This document shows, piece after piece, positions 19,559-29,399 of a stretch of 33,176 nucleotides of DNA (within the stretch, counting starts at the first letter, position 1; each line of letters opens with the position of its first letter). Location of the stretch: contig JBGAJQ010000060.1 in assembly GCA_044224875.1 (NCBI GenBank), forward strand, positions 1-33,176. Direction: 5' to 3'. The position numbers and the translations under genes are program-made. The notes beneath the pieces are model-generated. The model searched no databases. It was not told the origin of the DNA and saw only the letters and a program-made list of their open reading frames with translations. Source of the DNA: Gemmatimonadaceae bacterium. GTDB lineage: Bacteria > Gemmatimonadota > Gemmatimonadetes > Gemmatimonadales > Gemmatimonadaceae.

Positions 19559-20164
19559 ATGACCAATCCCCTGCCGTCCGACCAACCGCCCCGCACGCCG
19601 GCCACAGCCACGACCCGCTCGCCGTCTGCGCCGCGCGAGCGCCGGTGGACGATCATGCTCGTACCGCATACCAGCGATGCACCGCGGAGTATTTCGGTCA
19701 CCGAGCGAACTCTTCGCCGGGTCGCGTGGGTTGCCGGGGTGGCCGGCCTTGGCGTGGTGCTCGTCTTTGCCGCACTCCTGTTACGTGTACGGGAGTCCAA
19801 CCGTGCGTTAGCGGCCGCGTGGCAGAGCGGCGATCACGACGTGGACTCGTTGCAGGCTCGTCTCGATTCACTCCGTGGACGCATCGCCGGCATCCAATCC
19901 CAGGAACAGCGCATTCGCGCGAGCGTGGGGGTCACACCGACGGAGTCGCCATCGTTCTGGTCACGCGTACTCCGCGACGCCGCCGCGTCCAAGGCGCCAT
20001 CGGATCAACAACGGACGCTGTCGGTGGTACGCGACTCGCTGCGCCGCGAGATCCGAGCCGTGTCGCGGACCACGGACTCGCTGGTGGTTCGAGCCGTCGA
20101 CGCAAACTCACGGGCGCAGCGCATGGCGGACTCCCTAACGGCTCCGTCGGCGCGGAGACCGTAA
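19559..20164 (+). CDS. Hypothetical single-pass membrane protein with coiled coil, resembling the N-terminal half of M23 peptidases
   Basis: RWTIMLVPHTSDAPRSISV motif, TM helix VAWVAGVAGLGVVLVFAALLL, heptad-like region; no M23 HxxxD/HxH. Confidence 0.7.
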   Translation: MTNPLPSDQPPRTPATATTRSPSAPRERRWTIMLVPHTSDAPRSISVTERTLRRVAWVAGVAGLGVVLVFAALLLRVRESNRALAAAWQSGDHDVDSLQARLDSLRGRIAGIQSQEQRIRASVGVTPTESPSFWSRVLRDAAASKAPSDQQRTLSVVRDSLRREIRAVSRTTDSLVVRAVDANSRAQRMADSLTAPSARRP

Positions 20165-20199
20165 CCGGCTGTCGCCGCGGGACTCCGCGAAGTACGCGC

Positions 20200-20643
20200 C
20201 TAACGCGGCCCTCCACCCACCGGACCGTTCTTACCGCCCGAGCCGCCCCCGATCAAGTTGAACGCTGCGCCAAGTGCCGCGGTGGCCGCAATCCCGCCAA
20301 CGCCGAGGAGCCACGACCGCCGCTTGTCCAGTGCTCTCAGCTGCAACCCGCTGATCGCCGCCTTGGGCACGTCGACGTTCTCACCCTTCCACGTCGTCTC
20401 GATGCCGTTGCGGGCAATGGCGTTCGTTACCGAAAGCACCATCATCGTGTCACGCACCGCCACCAGAGTGCCATCGAGCGTGACGATCGTTGGGCCTATC
20501 AACGGCGCGAGGTTGATCGAGCCCTGGTCCGTGAGCCGCATGCGGACAGGCTGCCCAACGTCGCTCGGCGCGTCCTGGATCGGCGCGTAGCGATAACACG
20601 CGGTTGAGGCCAGCAAGAGTGCGGCAGTCCAGCGGCGGAGCAT
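20200..20643 (-). CDS. Hypothetical lipoprotein with a C-terminal hydrophobic segment
   Basis: MLRRWTAALLLASTAC lipobox from ATG 20643, small beta domain, then SWLLGVGGIAATAALGAAF and a Gly-rich tail. Confidence 0.75.
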   Translation of the reverse strand: MLRRWTAALLLASTACYRYAPIQDAPSDVGQPVRMRLTDQGSINLAPLIGPTIVTLDGTLVAVRDTMMVLSVTNAIARNGIETTWKGENVDVPKAAISGLQLRALDKRRSWLLGVGGIAATAALGAAFNLIGGGSGGKNGPVGGGPR

Positions 20644-20772
20644 AGGCGACCACAAAATGGGGGTTTGCCGAGAGTCGCCTGGCGACACCGCGGCGCGATG
20701 AGAAATCTGCGGCCTCGTCCCCGTAATGAGAAGCGACGAGGTTACCACCTGCCTGACTATACACCCGACGGC

Positions 20773-20806
20773 AAACGGCTCCCTGTCCGAAGACAGGGAG
20801 CCGTTT
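20773..20806 (-). terminator. Hairpin terminator after the SusD-like gene
   Basis: AAACGGCTCCCTGTC-TTCG-GACAGGGAGCCGTTT: perfect 15-bp stem with cUUCGg loop; U-tract short. Confidence 0.8.
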
Positions 20807-20830
20807 CACTTCCTTACGCTGCGAAGGGGA

Positions 20831-22216
20831 CTAACCCTGACCCTTGCAGGCGTTGCCTAGCGGATCCGTCGCCGTCTTTGGGTCGTTCTTGTTGCGGCGC
20901 GGCTGCGCCGACGGAGAAGGAATGTTCGTGTTCGTATTGCGCTCGCTCGATGGATAGAGGAAGCGAGCCGGGATGTAGTTGCTGCCATCGGCCGTGTTCA
21001 CGTTCGGATAGCAGGTCCGCTTGTAGTCGTTCCACGCTTCCGGGTTCTGGAACTCGGCGATGTACTTCTCCTCCAGAATCTGGTTCAACAGGGCCGGACC
21101 GGACTGGAACGCAGCGCCGACCGGATCCATGCCAATGTGCGCACGGTAGGCCTGCAGCGTAGCCAGGGCACCGGCCGTTGCACCCGTCTTGTATTGCGCC
21201 TCGGCCTTGATGAGCACCGTTTCGTCGTACGTGAGGACGGGCTGCCGGAAATCCGGGTTTCCTCGCGGGTCACCCAACCAGGCGATGGTCCCGTCATCCT
21301 CGGCGTTAGGCGGCGAACCAAAGATCTCGCCCTCTGCGGCCGCACCCGGGCTGAAGTACTCGAACAGCCGTGGGTCATCGCGGGACTTCATGAGGTCGAC
21401 CAGGTACTTGCCGGCCCCCATGTCCGTGCCGCGCTGAATGCGGAACTGATACCAGTGGTTGATCTCGCCCGTGCTGCCACTGGCATAGGCGGTGAAGTCA
21501 CCGTCGTTGTCAGCAATGCCCAGGTTGGCTTCGGTGAGCGCCTTGGCGTAATCCCCTGCGGTCACTTCGGCCGTGTGCATGTACAGGCGAGCTTTGAGCG
21601 AGTGAGCTGCCTTGATCCACTTCGCCTTGTCACCATCGAACACCAGGTCTGCCGGACCAGGACCCGTGCCCGACCCATTCAGGTTCGTGATCGCCTGATC
21701 GAGCAGGGTCTGCAGCTTGGCATACGTGGCCATCTGGTCGTCGAGCTTGGGCTGCGTGTACTTGGTGGCATCCACCGCCTCCGTGTAGGGAATGTCTCCC
21801 CATACGTCGGCGACGAGCCCCATCGTGAGCGCCTCCCAGACCTGCGCGATGCCGAGGTACACTTTGTCGGCGCCCACGATTGTCTGGATCTTGCGCAGGT
21901 CGACGAGACCGCCCCCCGTGTAATAGCCATCCCAACCGAGGTCGTTCTCGGTGAACTCGTAGTGGTCATATCCCGACCACTGGCGACCGGTGCCCGCCAT
22001 CTGCTGCGTGAACAGCGAGAGGTAGCGGGCGACATCGCCGGTCATGTTATAGAACGACAGCCCCTGGAACCCCACGAACAGCTGATCGGCATCCGCCGTG
22101 CTCGGGGTATTGGGGTTTGTATCGACTCCGGGGCCACTGAAGTAGTCGTTGCAACCGGCGATCATGCCAGCGGTCGCAACGATTCCCAGCGCCCTGATTG
22201 CGCGTCTGATCATCAT
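20831..22216 (-). CDS. SusD/RagB family nutrient-binding outer-membrane lipoprotein
   Basis: Start MMIRRAIRALGIVATAGMIAGC (lipobox), NPNTP, DVWGDIPYTEA, KWIKAAHSLKARLYMH, DPRL, EAWNDYKRT, PARFLYPSSE. Directly follows SusC. Confidence 0.93.
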   Translation of the reverse strand: MMIRRAIRALGIVATAGMIAGCNDYFSGPGVDTNPNTPSTADADQLFVGFQGLSFYNMTGDVARYLSLFTQQMAGTGRQWSGYDHYEFTENDLGWDGYYTGGGLVDLRKIQTIVGADKVYLGIAQVWEALTMGLVADVWGDIPYTEAVDATKYTQPKLDDQMATYAKLQTLLDQAITNLNGSGTGPGPADLVFDGDKAKWIKAAHSLKARLYMHTAEVTAGDYAKALTEANLGIADNDGDFTAYASGSTGEINHWYQFRIQRGTDMGAGKYLVDLMKSRDDPRLFEYFSPGAAAEGEIFGSPPNAEDDGTIAWLGDPRGNPDFRQPVLTYDETVLIKAEAQYKTGATAGALATLQAYRAHIGMDPVGAAFQSGPALLNQILEEKYIAEFQNPEAWNDYKRTCYPNVNTADGSNYIPARFLYPSSERNTNTNIPSPSAQPRRNKNDPKTATDPLGNACKGQG

Positions 22217-22232
22217 ATGTGGTCTCCGCCGG

Positions 22233-25200
22233 TTACTTGTTGAAGCTGAAGCCGATGACGAAGGACCGGTTCTGCGGGCTGTTGAAGTAGTCCTGTCCGC
22301 GACCGATACCAACGGCACCCTGCAAGTTCGTCTCGGGGTCGATTCCGAGGTAATCCGTCCACGTCTGCAGGTTACGACCCGAGAAGCGGACTTCGACGCT
22401 CTGGACACCAAAGTGTAGCCCACCACGCTCGATGGCTGTGTAGGCCAGTGTGGAGAGATTTCACGGAGCTTTACGTAGCCTGGAGTTCTCCACACCCTGT
22501 CCCGTCGCGCCATTGAAGTTGTTGCCGAGACCGAGGCGCCACCAGTTCTCACCGACCGGAACCGCCTTGTTGGCGCCCGGGCCGACGACACCAGGTGACT
22601 TCTCGATATCGATACCGAATTTCTTCTCATTCCCCGTGCACACGCCATTGGAATTGCAGGTGGCTCGCGGCACCGTGTTGGCGATCGTGCCAAAACGCTG
22701 GAGGGCCAGGCGCGTTCCGTTCCAGTTCACGCCGCCGTTCTTGATGTCGATGAGCGATGAGAACTGCAGCTTGCGCCATAGGGTGAGTCCGGTGCGCACC
22801 GCGCCGGTCCACTTGGCGTTCGGATCGCCTAACGTGTGGTTGGCGTCGTCCTGAATCGGGAAGCCGTCGTCCGCCACGTACAACGCGTGGTTCGGAGCAT
22901 TGGCCGACTTGCAGAGGGCGTTGATGTCGATGTCGTTGACGACGTTCGAGGCATCCTCGTAGCGGCAGCGCGCCCAGTCCGTTCCGTAGAAGGCACCGAT
23001 CGGCTGGCCCTTGACGGCGGTCGACACACCGAAGCCACCGGCGATACCGACGTACGTCGCGCCCTTGAGGTCTTCGAGGACGTTCTTGTTGCGGCCGAAG
23101 TTGAGGCCGAGTTCGCCCTTGACGTCGCGCAACTCGAACACGCGCCAGTTGAGCTGCGCTTCCCAACCCTTGTTGGAAATGGTGCCACCATTGCTCGTGA
23201 TGTTCCCGTAGCCGGTGGATCCCGGGATTGGAAGCGAGAAGATGACGTCGGTGGTCTTCGCGTTGTAGTACGTCACAACGCCGTCCACGCGCTGGCTGAA
23301 CAGACCGAAGTCAAACCCGACTTCCGTCTCGGCCGTACGCTCCGGCTTCAAGGTCGGAGTGCCGAGCACAGAGCTGGAGATGACGCCGGCCAACCCTGCC
23401 TGCCCGGTGGAGGTGGAGCCGCCACCGAAGTCGAGCGGGAAGGCGCCCGTCTGGTACGTGGTGAGGATCTGGTACGGGTTCGGCTCGCGACCCACGGCGC
23501 CGTAGGCTCCGCGGAGCTTGAGGTACGAGAGCACGCCCTTTCCTTGTCCGGCACCAACCCAGCGCGAAGCATCCCACGCCGCGGAGAACTTCGGGTAGTA
23601 GTTATTGCGGTTGACTTCCGGGAAGGTGGACGACTGGTCCAGCCGGACGCCGGCCGTCAGGTACAAGGAGTTCCAGAGATCCGCACCGGCCTGCGCGAAG
23701 TACCCGGCCACGTTGACCTTGGACTCGTAGTTCTGTGGCTGCAGGTTGCTGGTGACGGTGTTATTCAGCGTGAAAAGTTCCTGCGAAATGAACGTCGTTC
23801 CCTTCGCCTGGATCTGGTTGACCTTCTGCATGTTCAGGTTCTGACCAAGGGTCAGGGTTCCTGAGAACGAAGAGTTGAAGGTCTTCTGGGCGGTGGCGAT
23901 CAAGTTATGGTCGATGCCCAAGAAGGTGTACGTGCCCTGCCAGAGCTGCCCGGTAAGGGCATCGCCGGCGGACTGCGGCGGGAGGCCTTCGATGCGCTCG
24001 TCACCCGAGTAGTCGGCGCCGAACGTCTCCTTGAACGTCAGCCACGACAGCGGATTCCAGTCCACGTTCATGTTGCCGAAGGCGCGACCAACATTCGACG
24101 TATTCTTGTCGATGTTCATGACCCAGAACGGATTGTCGTACACGCGATCGTTCAGGCGGTCGACGGCGACGGCGGTGGTGTCTGGGTTCGGATAGCGGTA
24201 CGACCGCTGGAGCCCCTTCACCAGGTACGGCTGGTTGTTGAAGTCAGGCGGCGTCCTCGTTAGGCCCAGGAGGAGCCCGTTGAGGTTATTGCCCTTCTGC
24301 ACGGCGGCCAGGCGCACGTCCGAGTAGGCGATGTTCCCGCCGATCGTCAGGCGCTCGGTCAGGGCCTGAGTCGCCTTCAGGCGAAGCGTCGTGCGGTCAT
24401 ACCAGGAGTTGGGCGAATTGATGGTGCCACTCTGGTCCAACCGGCCTAACGACATCATGAACGTGCGGCGATCATCACCGCCGGAAATCGACAGCGTGTT
24501 GTCCCACGTGTGCCCAGTGGTGAACGCCTCGTTCCAGTGGTCGTAGGTCTGTTTCCCTGCGAGCGAGGGGCCCCACGAGACCGATGCGGGATAACAGCCG
24601 AAACCGCCGCAGGGCGATGCATTGCCAAAGGTGCCGCGGCCATACGACTGCTGCAGCGGAATATCCTTGTTCACGTCGTCGAAGCTGTAGCTGGTGCGCA
24701 GGTTGTAACGCGTTGCGCCGGCCCGACCGCTCTTCGTCGTAATGAGGATCACGCCGTTGGCCGCACGCGCGCCGTAAATGGCGGCGGCCGCAGCACCCTT
24801 CAACACATCGACCGATTCGATGTCGCTGGGGTTCAAGTCCGCGGCGCGGTTCGAGTACGACGTCGAGGCGTCGGAGAACTCCGACGTTGCAGTCGTGGAG
24901 TTGTCGATCGGCGTTCCGTCGACGACGAACAACGGCTGACCGTTACCCTGAATCGTCTTGAGGCCGCGGATGAAGATCTGCGAGCCTGCGCCTGGGTCAC
25001 CGGCCTGCGAGGTGATCTCGATGTTCGGCGCCTTGGCGGCAAGGGCGTTGACAATGTTTGGCTCGGACGCCTTCACGATCTCCACCGACTTCACGGAGTT
25101 GATCGTGTTGCCGAGCTTCTCAGACGTCGTGGACGTACCGGCTCCGGTCACGACGACTTCGCCGAGTCGAAGTGGATTCGATTCGAGCACGAAGTCTTGA

Positions 25201-25502
25201 GTGATCGTGCCGCCACGCAGGGTAATCGTCTGATTGGCTTGCTTGAAGCCGAGCTGGCGGACACTCAGGGTGACTTGCTGGCCCGACACGCGGGCTGCGG
25301 GAACCACGAGGCTGTACTGCCCATCAGAACCGGACTGCGCACCCACGCTCAACGTCGGGATGAACACGGTGGCATTGGACACCGGTGCTCCTGACTCTGA
25401 CGTGATGCGTCCTCTGATGGTCGCCGACTGCTGTGCCATCGCCATCGCGGGTACCACCGCGAGCAGCGACGTCACGGAAAGCAGACGCCGGATCAATCGC
25501 AT
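22233..25502 (-). CDS. SusC/RagA family TonB-dependent outer-membrane transporter, with a local compensating double frameshift giving TGA at 22461
   Basis: RBS GGAGG, signal peptide, carboxypeptidase-regulatory-like N-domain, VVVTG, PLFVVDG, DIESVDVLKGAAAAAIYGARAANGVILITTK. The same frame resumes after the TGA with SGRNLQTWTDYLGIDPE...RSFVIGFSFNK* (TAA 22233). Confidence 0.92.
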
Positions 25503-25728
25503 AACGGATTCCTCCAAAAGGGACTCGCTACTGGGACTGCTGAACGAAGCAACGACCTGCAAAACGAACGATGAGATGCTTGTCGATTCCTCCCGCGTTG
25601 GAGGGTTCGGGACGAGCCGCCTCGTCGGAGCACGATTCGTCCCCCACGGGCCATGTTAAAGCTGAAAACGGTCGAGCCCGGCAACGCGGGGACGACCGGT
25701 CAGAATAACCGTAGGATTGGCCGCGGCT

Positions 25729-25757
25729 ACGTTACGATTCGGAATTTCCACTGTCAA
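25729..25757 (-). promoter_or_regulatory. Sigma70 promoter for susC-susD
   Basis: TTGACA (25757-25752), 17 nt, TAACGT (25734-25729). Predicts a ~220-nt leader. Confidence 0.7.
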
Positions 25758-26070
25758 CGAGAACTGTATCGCTTTGGGACGGCCCGCACGACTCGTCCCA
25801 TCGGGCGCTTGAGTCTGGCCGAATGACGCCGATCGCCAGGCGCTTGGCTGTCAGGCGGCCTCTGGCCACCGCCGCTCAGGCTTTCGGCGTCGCAGCCACG
25901 GACGGCTGTACGGCGTCGCATCGGAGGGGCGCCGTATTCAGCGATGAGAGTCGCTCTCGGAACGATGCCCCAATCAGCCAGCACGAGATCAATCGCACGG
26001 CGACCTCACCCCCCAAAAGCAGCGCGGCGCCCAATCCCTGGGGCGCCGCACGAACACTTACCGCAATCGC

Positions 26071-26691
26071 TTACTTCTCAGTCGGCGGCTTTGGTGTGGC
26101 GGTGGCGGAGGGGGCCCCAAAGTCAACCTTGGGGGGCTCCTTAGCTCCCGGGTTCGTCACCTCAAAGTAGTCCCGTGGCTTTGACCCAATCACCTTGGCG
26201 GTGATCACGGCGGGAAAATTCCGGATGTACGTGTTGTACTGCTGCACCGCGCCATTGTAGTCGTTCCGCGAAACCGCGATACGATTCTCGGTGCCCGTCA
26301 ACTCGTCCTGCAGGCGCAGGAAGGCCTGGTCCGACTTCAACTGCGGGTAGGACTCGACAGTCACCATCAACCCGCGCAGGGCGCCTGTCAGGTTGTCGTT
26401 CGCATTGGCCATCTCCCGCGGATCGCCCTTCTGGATGGCGCCCAGGAGGCCGGCGCGCGCCTGTGTCACCTGCGTGAAGACCTGCAGTTCCTGTTGGGCC
26501 TGACCCTTCACGGTGGCCACGAGGTTGGGGATAAGGTCGGCCCGCCGCTGCAGCTGCACTTCGATCTGCTGCTTCGCCGCGCTGGCCTGCTCATCGTATG
26601 TCTGAATGGTGTTGTAGCCGCACGCCGTCAGAACAAGGGGGGCGGCAAAAGCGAGCCAACGACGTCGCATGTTCAGTGTCTCCGCGTTCAT
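26071..26691 (-). CDS. lemA: LemA family protein
   Basis: ACGYN lipobox-like start, QLQRRADLIPNLVATVKG, VESYPQLKSD, ELTGTENRIAVSRNDYN; RBS GGGAGG before ATG 26691. Confidence 0.95.
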   Translation of the reverse strand: MNAETLNMRRRWLAFAAPLVLTACGYNTIQTYDEQASAAKQQIEVQLQRRADLIPNLVATVKGQAQQELQVFTQVTQARAGLLGAIQKGDPREMANANDNLTGALRGLMVTVESYPQLKSDQAFLRLQDELTGTENRIAVSRNDYNGAVQQYNTYIRNFPAVITAKVIGSKPRDYFEVTNPGAKEPPKVDFGAPSATATPKPPTEK

Positions 26692-26876
26692 GTGTCGGTA
26701 CCTCCCGGCCAACTGAAGACCGGGTACTTCAAGCTATGTGAGCCACACGGCTCGGGGGAGTTGCCTTCAACCTTTAGAAACCGGCGTACCTCGTAATCAC
26801 CGCCGCGCAGCGTCACCCCTCGCACCCACCATCACGAGAAGGCCCGCGTCCGGCATGCCTACAGCCTACACGACGG

Positions 26877-27593
26877 CTATTCGCCGTCGAAGGTGTCAGC
26901 ATAGCGTGCCAGCGAGTCGGCGGCCGACAGGTACTCCGTCATGGCTTCCAGCACGCCGTTCTTGTCGAGCTTTATGACACCACGCGAGAAGTGAAGGACG
27001 CGCTCGAACGGCTTCAAGTTCACGGGCACCTTCCCCGCCAGCTGAGTCAGCAACGCCTCGGAATCCGCCGCCGGATCCAACCCCCGCAGGCGCGCGAGCG
27101 CGCGTAGCAGCGTCATGAACGAACTGATGCTGCCCTCCAGCAGTTCGCGATGCGCCTTGTCGTCTCCGCCAGCTGCAAGCACCGCGTGACGAAGGCGCAA
27201 CAACTTGCTCATCGCCTCGTGCTCGAGCTGCAGACGCAGATCCCGCGTGCTCACCGCGATGCCGTCGAGGGGCAGCTCGCCTCGCAGCACCCGGTGGTGC
27301 GCCAGGATGTCCGCGTACTCCATGGAAAAAATGTCCGCGGAACCGCGCCACTCTTCCACCGTAAGCGTCAGCGGAGGTGGATTGCCCGACTCCCGCCACG
27401 CCGCTGCCACCGCCGCTTCGCGTCGCAGGTGTTCCATCCGGATGGCGTCCACCAGGACAAGAACGTTCAGGTTCGCATTCCGCGTGACGCGATCGCCACG
27501 GGCGGCCGAGCCAAAGAGAACGACCGCGCGCAGTCCGTCGCCGTACACGGCGCTCAGTTGGTTTGTGAGTTCATCGAGTGTCATGTGCGCCAT
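26877..27593 (-). CDS. Nucleotidyltransferase-fold (Pol-beta/MNT-like) protein with helical C-terminal domain
   Basis: LRAVVLFGSAARGD motif, followed by NLNVLVLV where DxD is expected; PPLTLT and DIFSMEYADI. Confidence 0.8.
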   Translation of the reverse strand: MAHMTLDELTNQLSAVYGDGLRAVVLFGSAARGDRVTRNANLNVLVLVDAIRMEHLRREAAVAAAWRESGNPPPLTLTVEEWRGSADIFSMEYADILAHHRVLRGELPLDGIAVSTRDLRLQLEHEAMSKLLRLRHAVLAAGGDDKAHRELLEGSISSFMTLLRALARLRGLDPAADSEALLTQLAGKVPVNLKPFERVLHFSRGVIKLDKNGVLEAMTEYLSAADSLARYADTFDGE

Positions 27594-27599
27594 CGCAGG

Positions 27600-28463
27600 T
27601 CACCAGCTTCCGCTCGAGCCGCCGCCACTGAATCCTCCGCCGCCGCCAAACCCGCCAAAGCCACCACCGCCCCCAAAGCTGCCGCCGCCAAATCCTCCAC
27701 CCCCAGACCATCCGCCGCGCCCCCTCCCGGAATCGGAAAGGGCCCACAGCAACGGCCAGCAGCCGGAATTGCACCCGCGCCGCGACCGGCGCGACGCCAT
27801 ACTCGTTAGGATCAGGAACAACACCAGCACAACCACCACGAACCCGAGGGGTACGGCATCTCCAGATCCGCCACTCGGCACCGTGAACGTCGGCTGGACC
27901 GGCACCAAACTGGTGTCGAGCGAAAACCCGAACTCGGTGGCAAACCGTTCGGCCACTCGCTCGGTGACGAACGTCAGGGCCCCGCTGTAGTCCCGCTGCT
28001 GGAAGAGGGGAATGGCGGCCCGACGAATGTCGCCGGCGTTGGCATCCGTGATGAATCCCTCGACACCACGCGCCGTCTGGATGCTGATGTACCCGCGCCC
28101 ATCGGAGCTGGTCTCTTTGGGCACCACAAGCACAACGACGCCTGCGTTTCGTGTCCGATCGCCAATGCCGCTGTTGGCGCCTACGCCCCACTCGCGCCCG
28201 ATCCGCAGGGCCATGTCACCGACGTCCCGTCCGCCCAAATCCGGCAGGGTCACCACCGCGATTTCGCCACCGGACTTCTGCTTCACGTCGAACGCTATGC
28301 GGTTGATCCTGTCGATCGCGTCCGGCGAAAGCACGTGGGCGTCGTCGACGACAACCTCAGCGGCGGTCGGCGAAAACCCGCGCGGTGGCGAGGGCAGACG
28401 AACTCCTTGTTGCGCGCCGAGCGCGGCAGGAGCGAATGCCAAGAACCACAGGAAACGACGCAC
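27600..28463 (-). CDS. TPM-domain (YgcG-like) membrane protein with Gly-rich tail
   Basis: VVDDAHVLS, EIAVVTLPDL, WGVG, GVVVLV, GVEGFITD, TM helix, GGFGGFGGGGGFSGGGSSGSW. Start uncertain (GTG 28463 gives a signal peptide; ORF track starts 28610). Confidence 0.9.
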   Translation of the reverse strand: MRRFLWFLAFAPAALGAQQGVRLPSPPRGFSPTAAEVVVDDAHVLSPDAIDRINRIAFDVKQKSGGEIAVVTLPDLGGRDVGDMALRIGREWGVGANSGIGDRTRNAGVVVLVVPKETSSDGRGYISIQTARGVEGFITDANAGDIRRAAIPLFQQRDYSGALTFVTERVAERFATEFGFSLDTSLVPVQPTFTVPSGGSGDAVPLGFVVVVLVLFLILTSMASRRSRRGCNSGCWPLLWALSDSGRGRGGWSGGGGFGGGSFGGGGGFGGFGGGGGFSGGGSSGSW

Positions 28464-28625
28464 GCCGAGTGCAGGCCTCACTGTCGAGAAAAGCGCCAGA
28501 GCGTCGGCGCTGGCCGTGTAGACTAGCGGCACGTAACCAGCGCTGGTAGTCGCCGAATCCGGACGCGCGACGATATCTTTCGTCCAGCGAATTCGCGGTA
28601 GTCCAGGCAATCTTCGGATCCCATT

Positions 28626-29324
28626 ATGCGCTCACAGCCCCTTGCGTTGGTTGTCCTTGCCACGGTGGCGACGCTCGCCGCATGCGGCGGTGCGGAAGCC
28701 CGTGCGAAACCTACGCCGGAAGACGCCGCAAAGGTTCAACCCGCGACCGCCGCCAATGCACCGGCGACCAATGACGAACGTGTGCGGCGCGCCGACATGT
28801 CGCGAATCAAGGGCGACAGCAGTGCCACGGTGTGGCTGGTGATCGTGTCCGACTTCCAGTGCCCGTACTGCAAAGTCTGGCACGACTCCACAGGTTCAAC
28901 GATCGAGCGAGAATACGTGGCCACCGGCAAGGTGCGGATGGCCTACGTGAATTTCCCCCTGCGCATGCATCAGCACGCGCGTGAAGCGTCGGAGGGGGCA
29001 ATGTGCGCTGGCGCGCAAGGGAAGTTCTGGGAGTTCGGAGACCAGCTGTTCGCGACACAGGCCGAGTGGTCGCGCGAGACGACAGCTACACCCGCTTTCG
29101 ACGCGATCGGAGCTGGACTTGGCCTGGACATGACCGCGTGGCGGACGTGCATGAGCGAGCACGCGATGGCCGGGATGATCGATGCTGACTACGATCGCGG
29201 GGTGAAGGCCAACGTCAACTCCACGCCGACATTCTTCGTTGGGCAGCAAGTGATCGAAGGCGCGGAGGGCGCGGCCAAGTTCCGCGAAGCGCTGGACAAG
29301 GCACTCGCTAGCGCGGGCAAGTAG
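28626..29324 (+). CDS. DsbA-family thioredoxin-fold lipoprotein
   Basis: Lipobox LAAC, SDFQCPYC active site, VNSTPTFFV cis-Pro loop. Confidence 0.92.
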   Translation: MRSQPLALVVLATVATLAACGGAEARAKPTPEDAAKVQPATAANAPATNDERVRRADMSRIKGDSSATVWLVIVSDFQCPYCKVWHDSTGSTIEREYVATGKVRMAYVNFPLRMHQHAREASEGAMCAGAQGKFWEFGDQLFATQAEWSRETTATPAFDAIGAGLGLDMTAWRTCMSEHAMAGMIDADYDRGVKANVNSTPTFFVGQQVIEGAEGAAKFREALDKALASAGK

Positions 29325-29399
29325 TCCCACCGTTTGAGCTGACCACCGTTTGCGAATGGGCGACGACGACTCAGGACGCCTGCCCACGCGCCGACACCC

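Noticed and set aside
22461..22463. In-frame TGA in SusC as selenocysteine or readthrough
   Set aside because: The conserved YVKLREIS motif is in another frame across this stretch, so paired indels explain it better.
20831..22693. 620-aa SusD with a long N-terminal extension
   Set aside because: The extension is the off-frame SusC 3' end; the real start with RBS and lipobox is 22216.
25503..26070. Cobalamin or TPP riboswitch upstream of the TonB-dependent receptor
   Set aside because: No B12-box or TPP consensus found on the coding strand.
27600..27730. CCGCCGCCA-like low-complexity repeats
   Set aside because: They simply encode the Gly-rich tail typical of TPM proteins.
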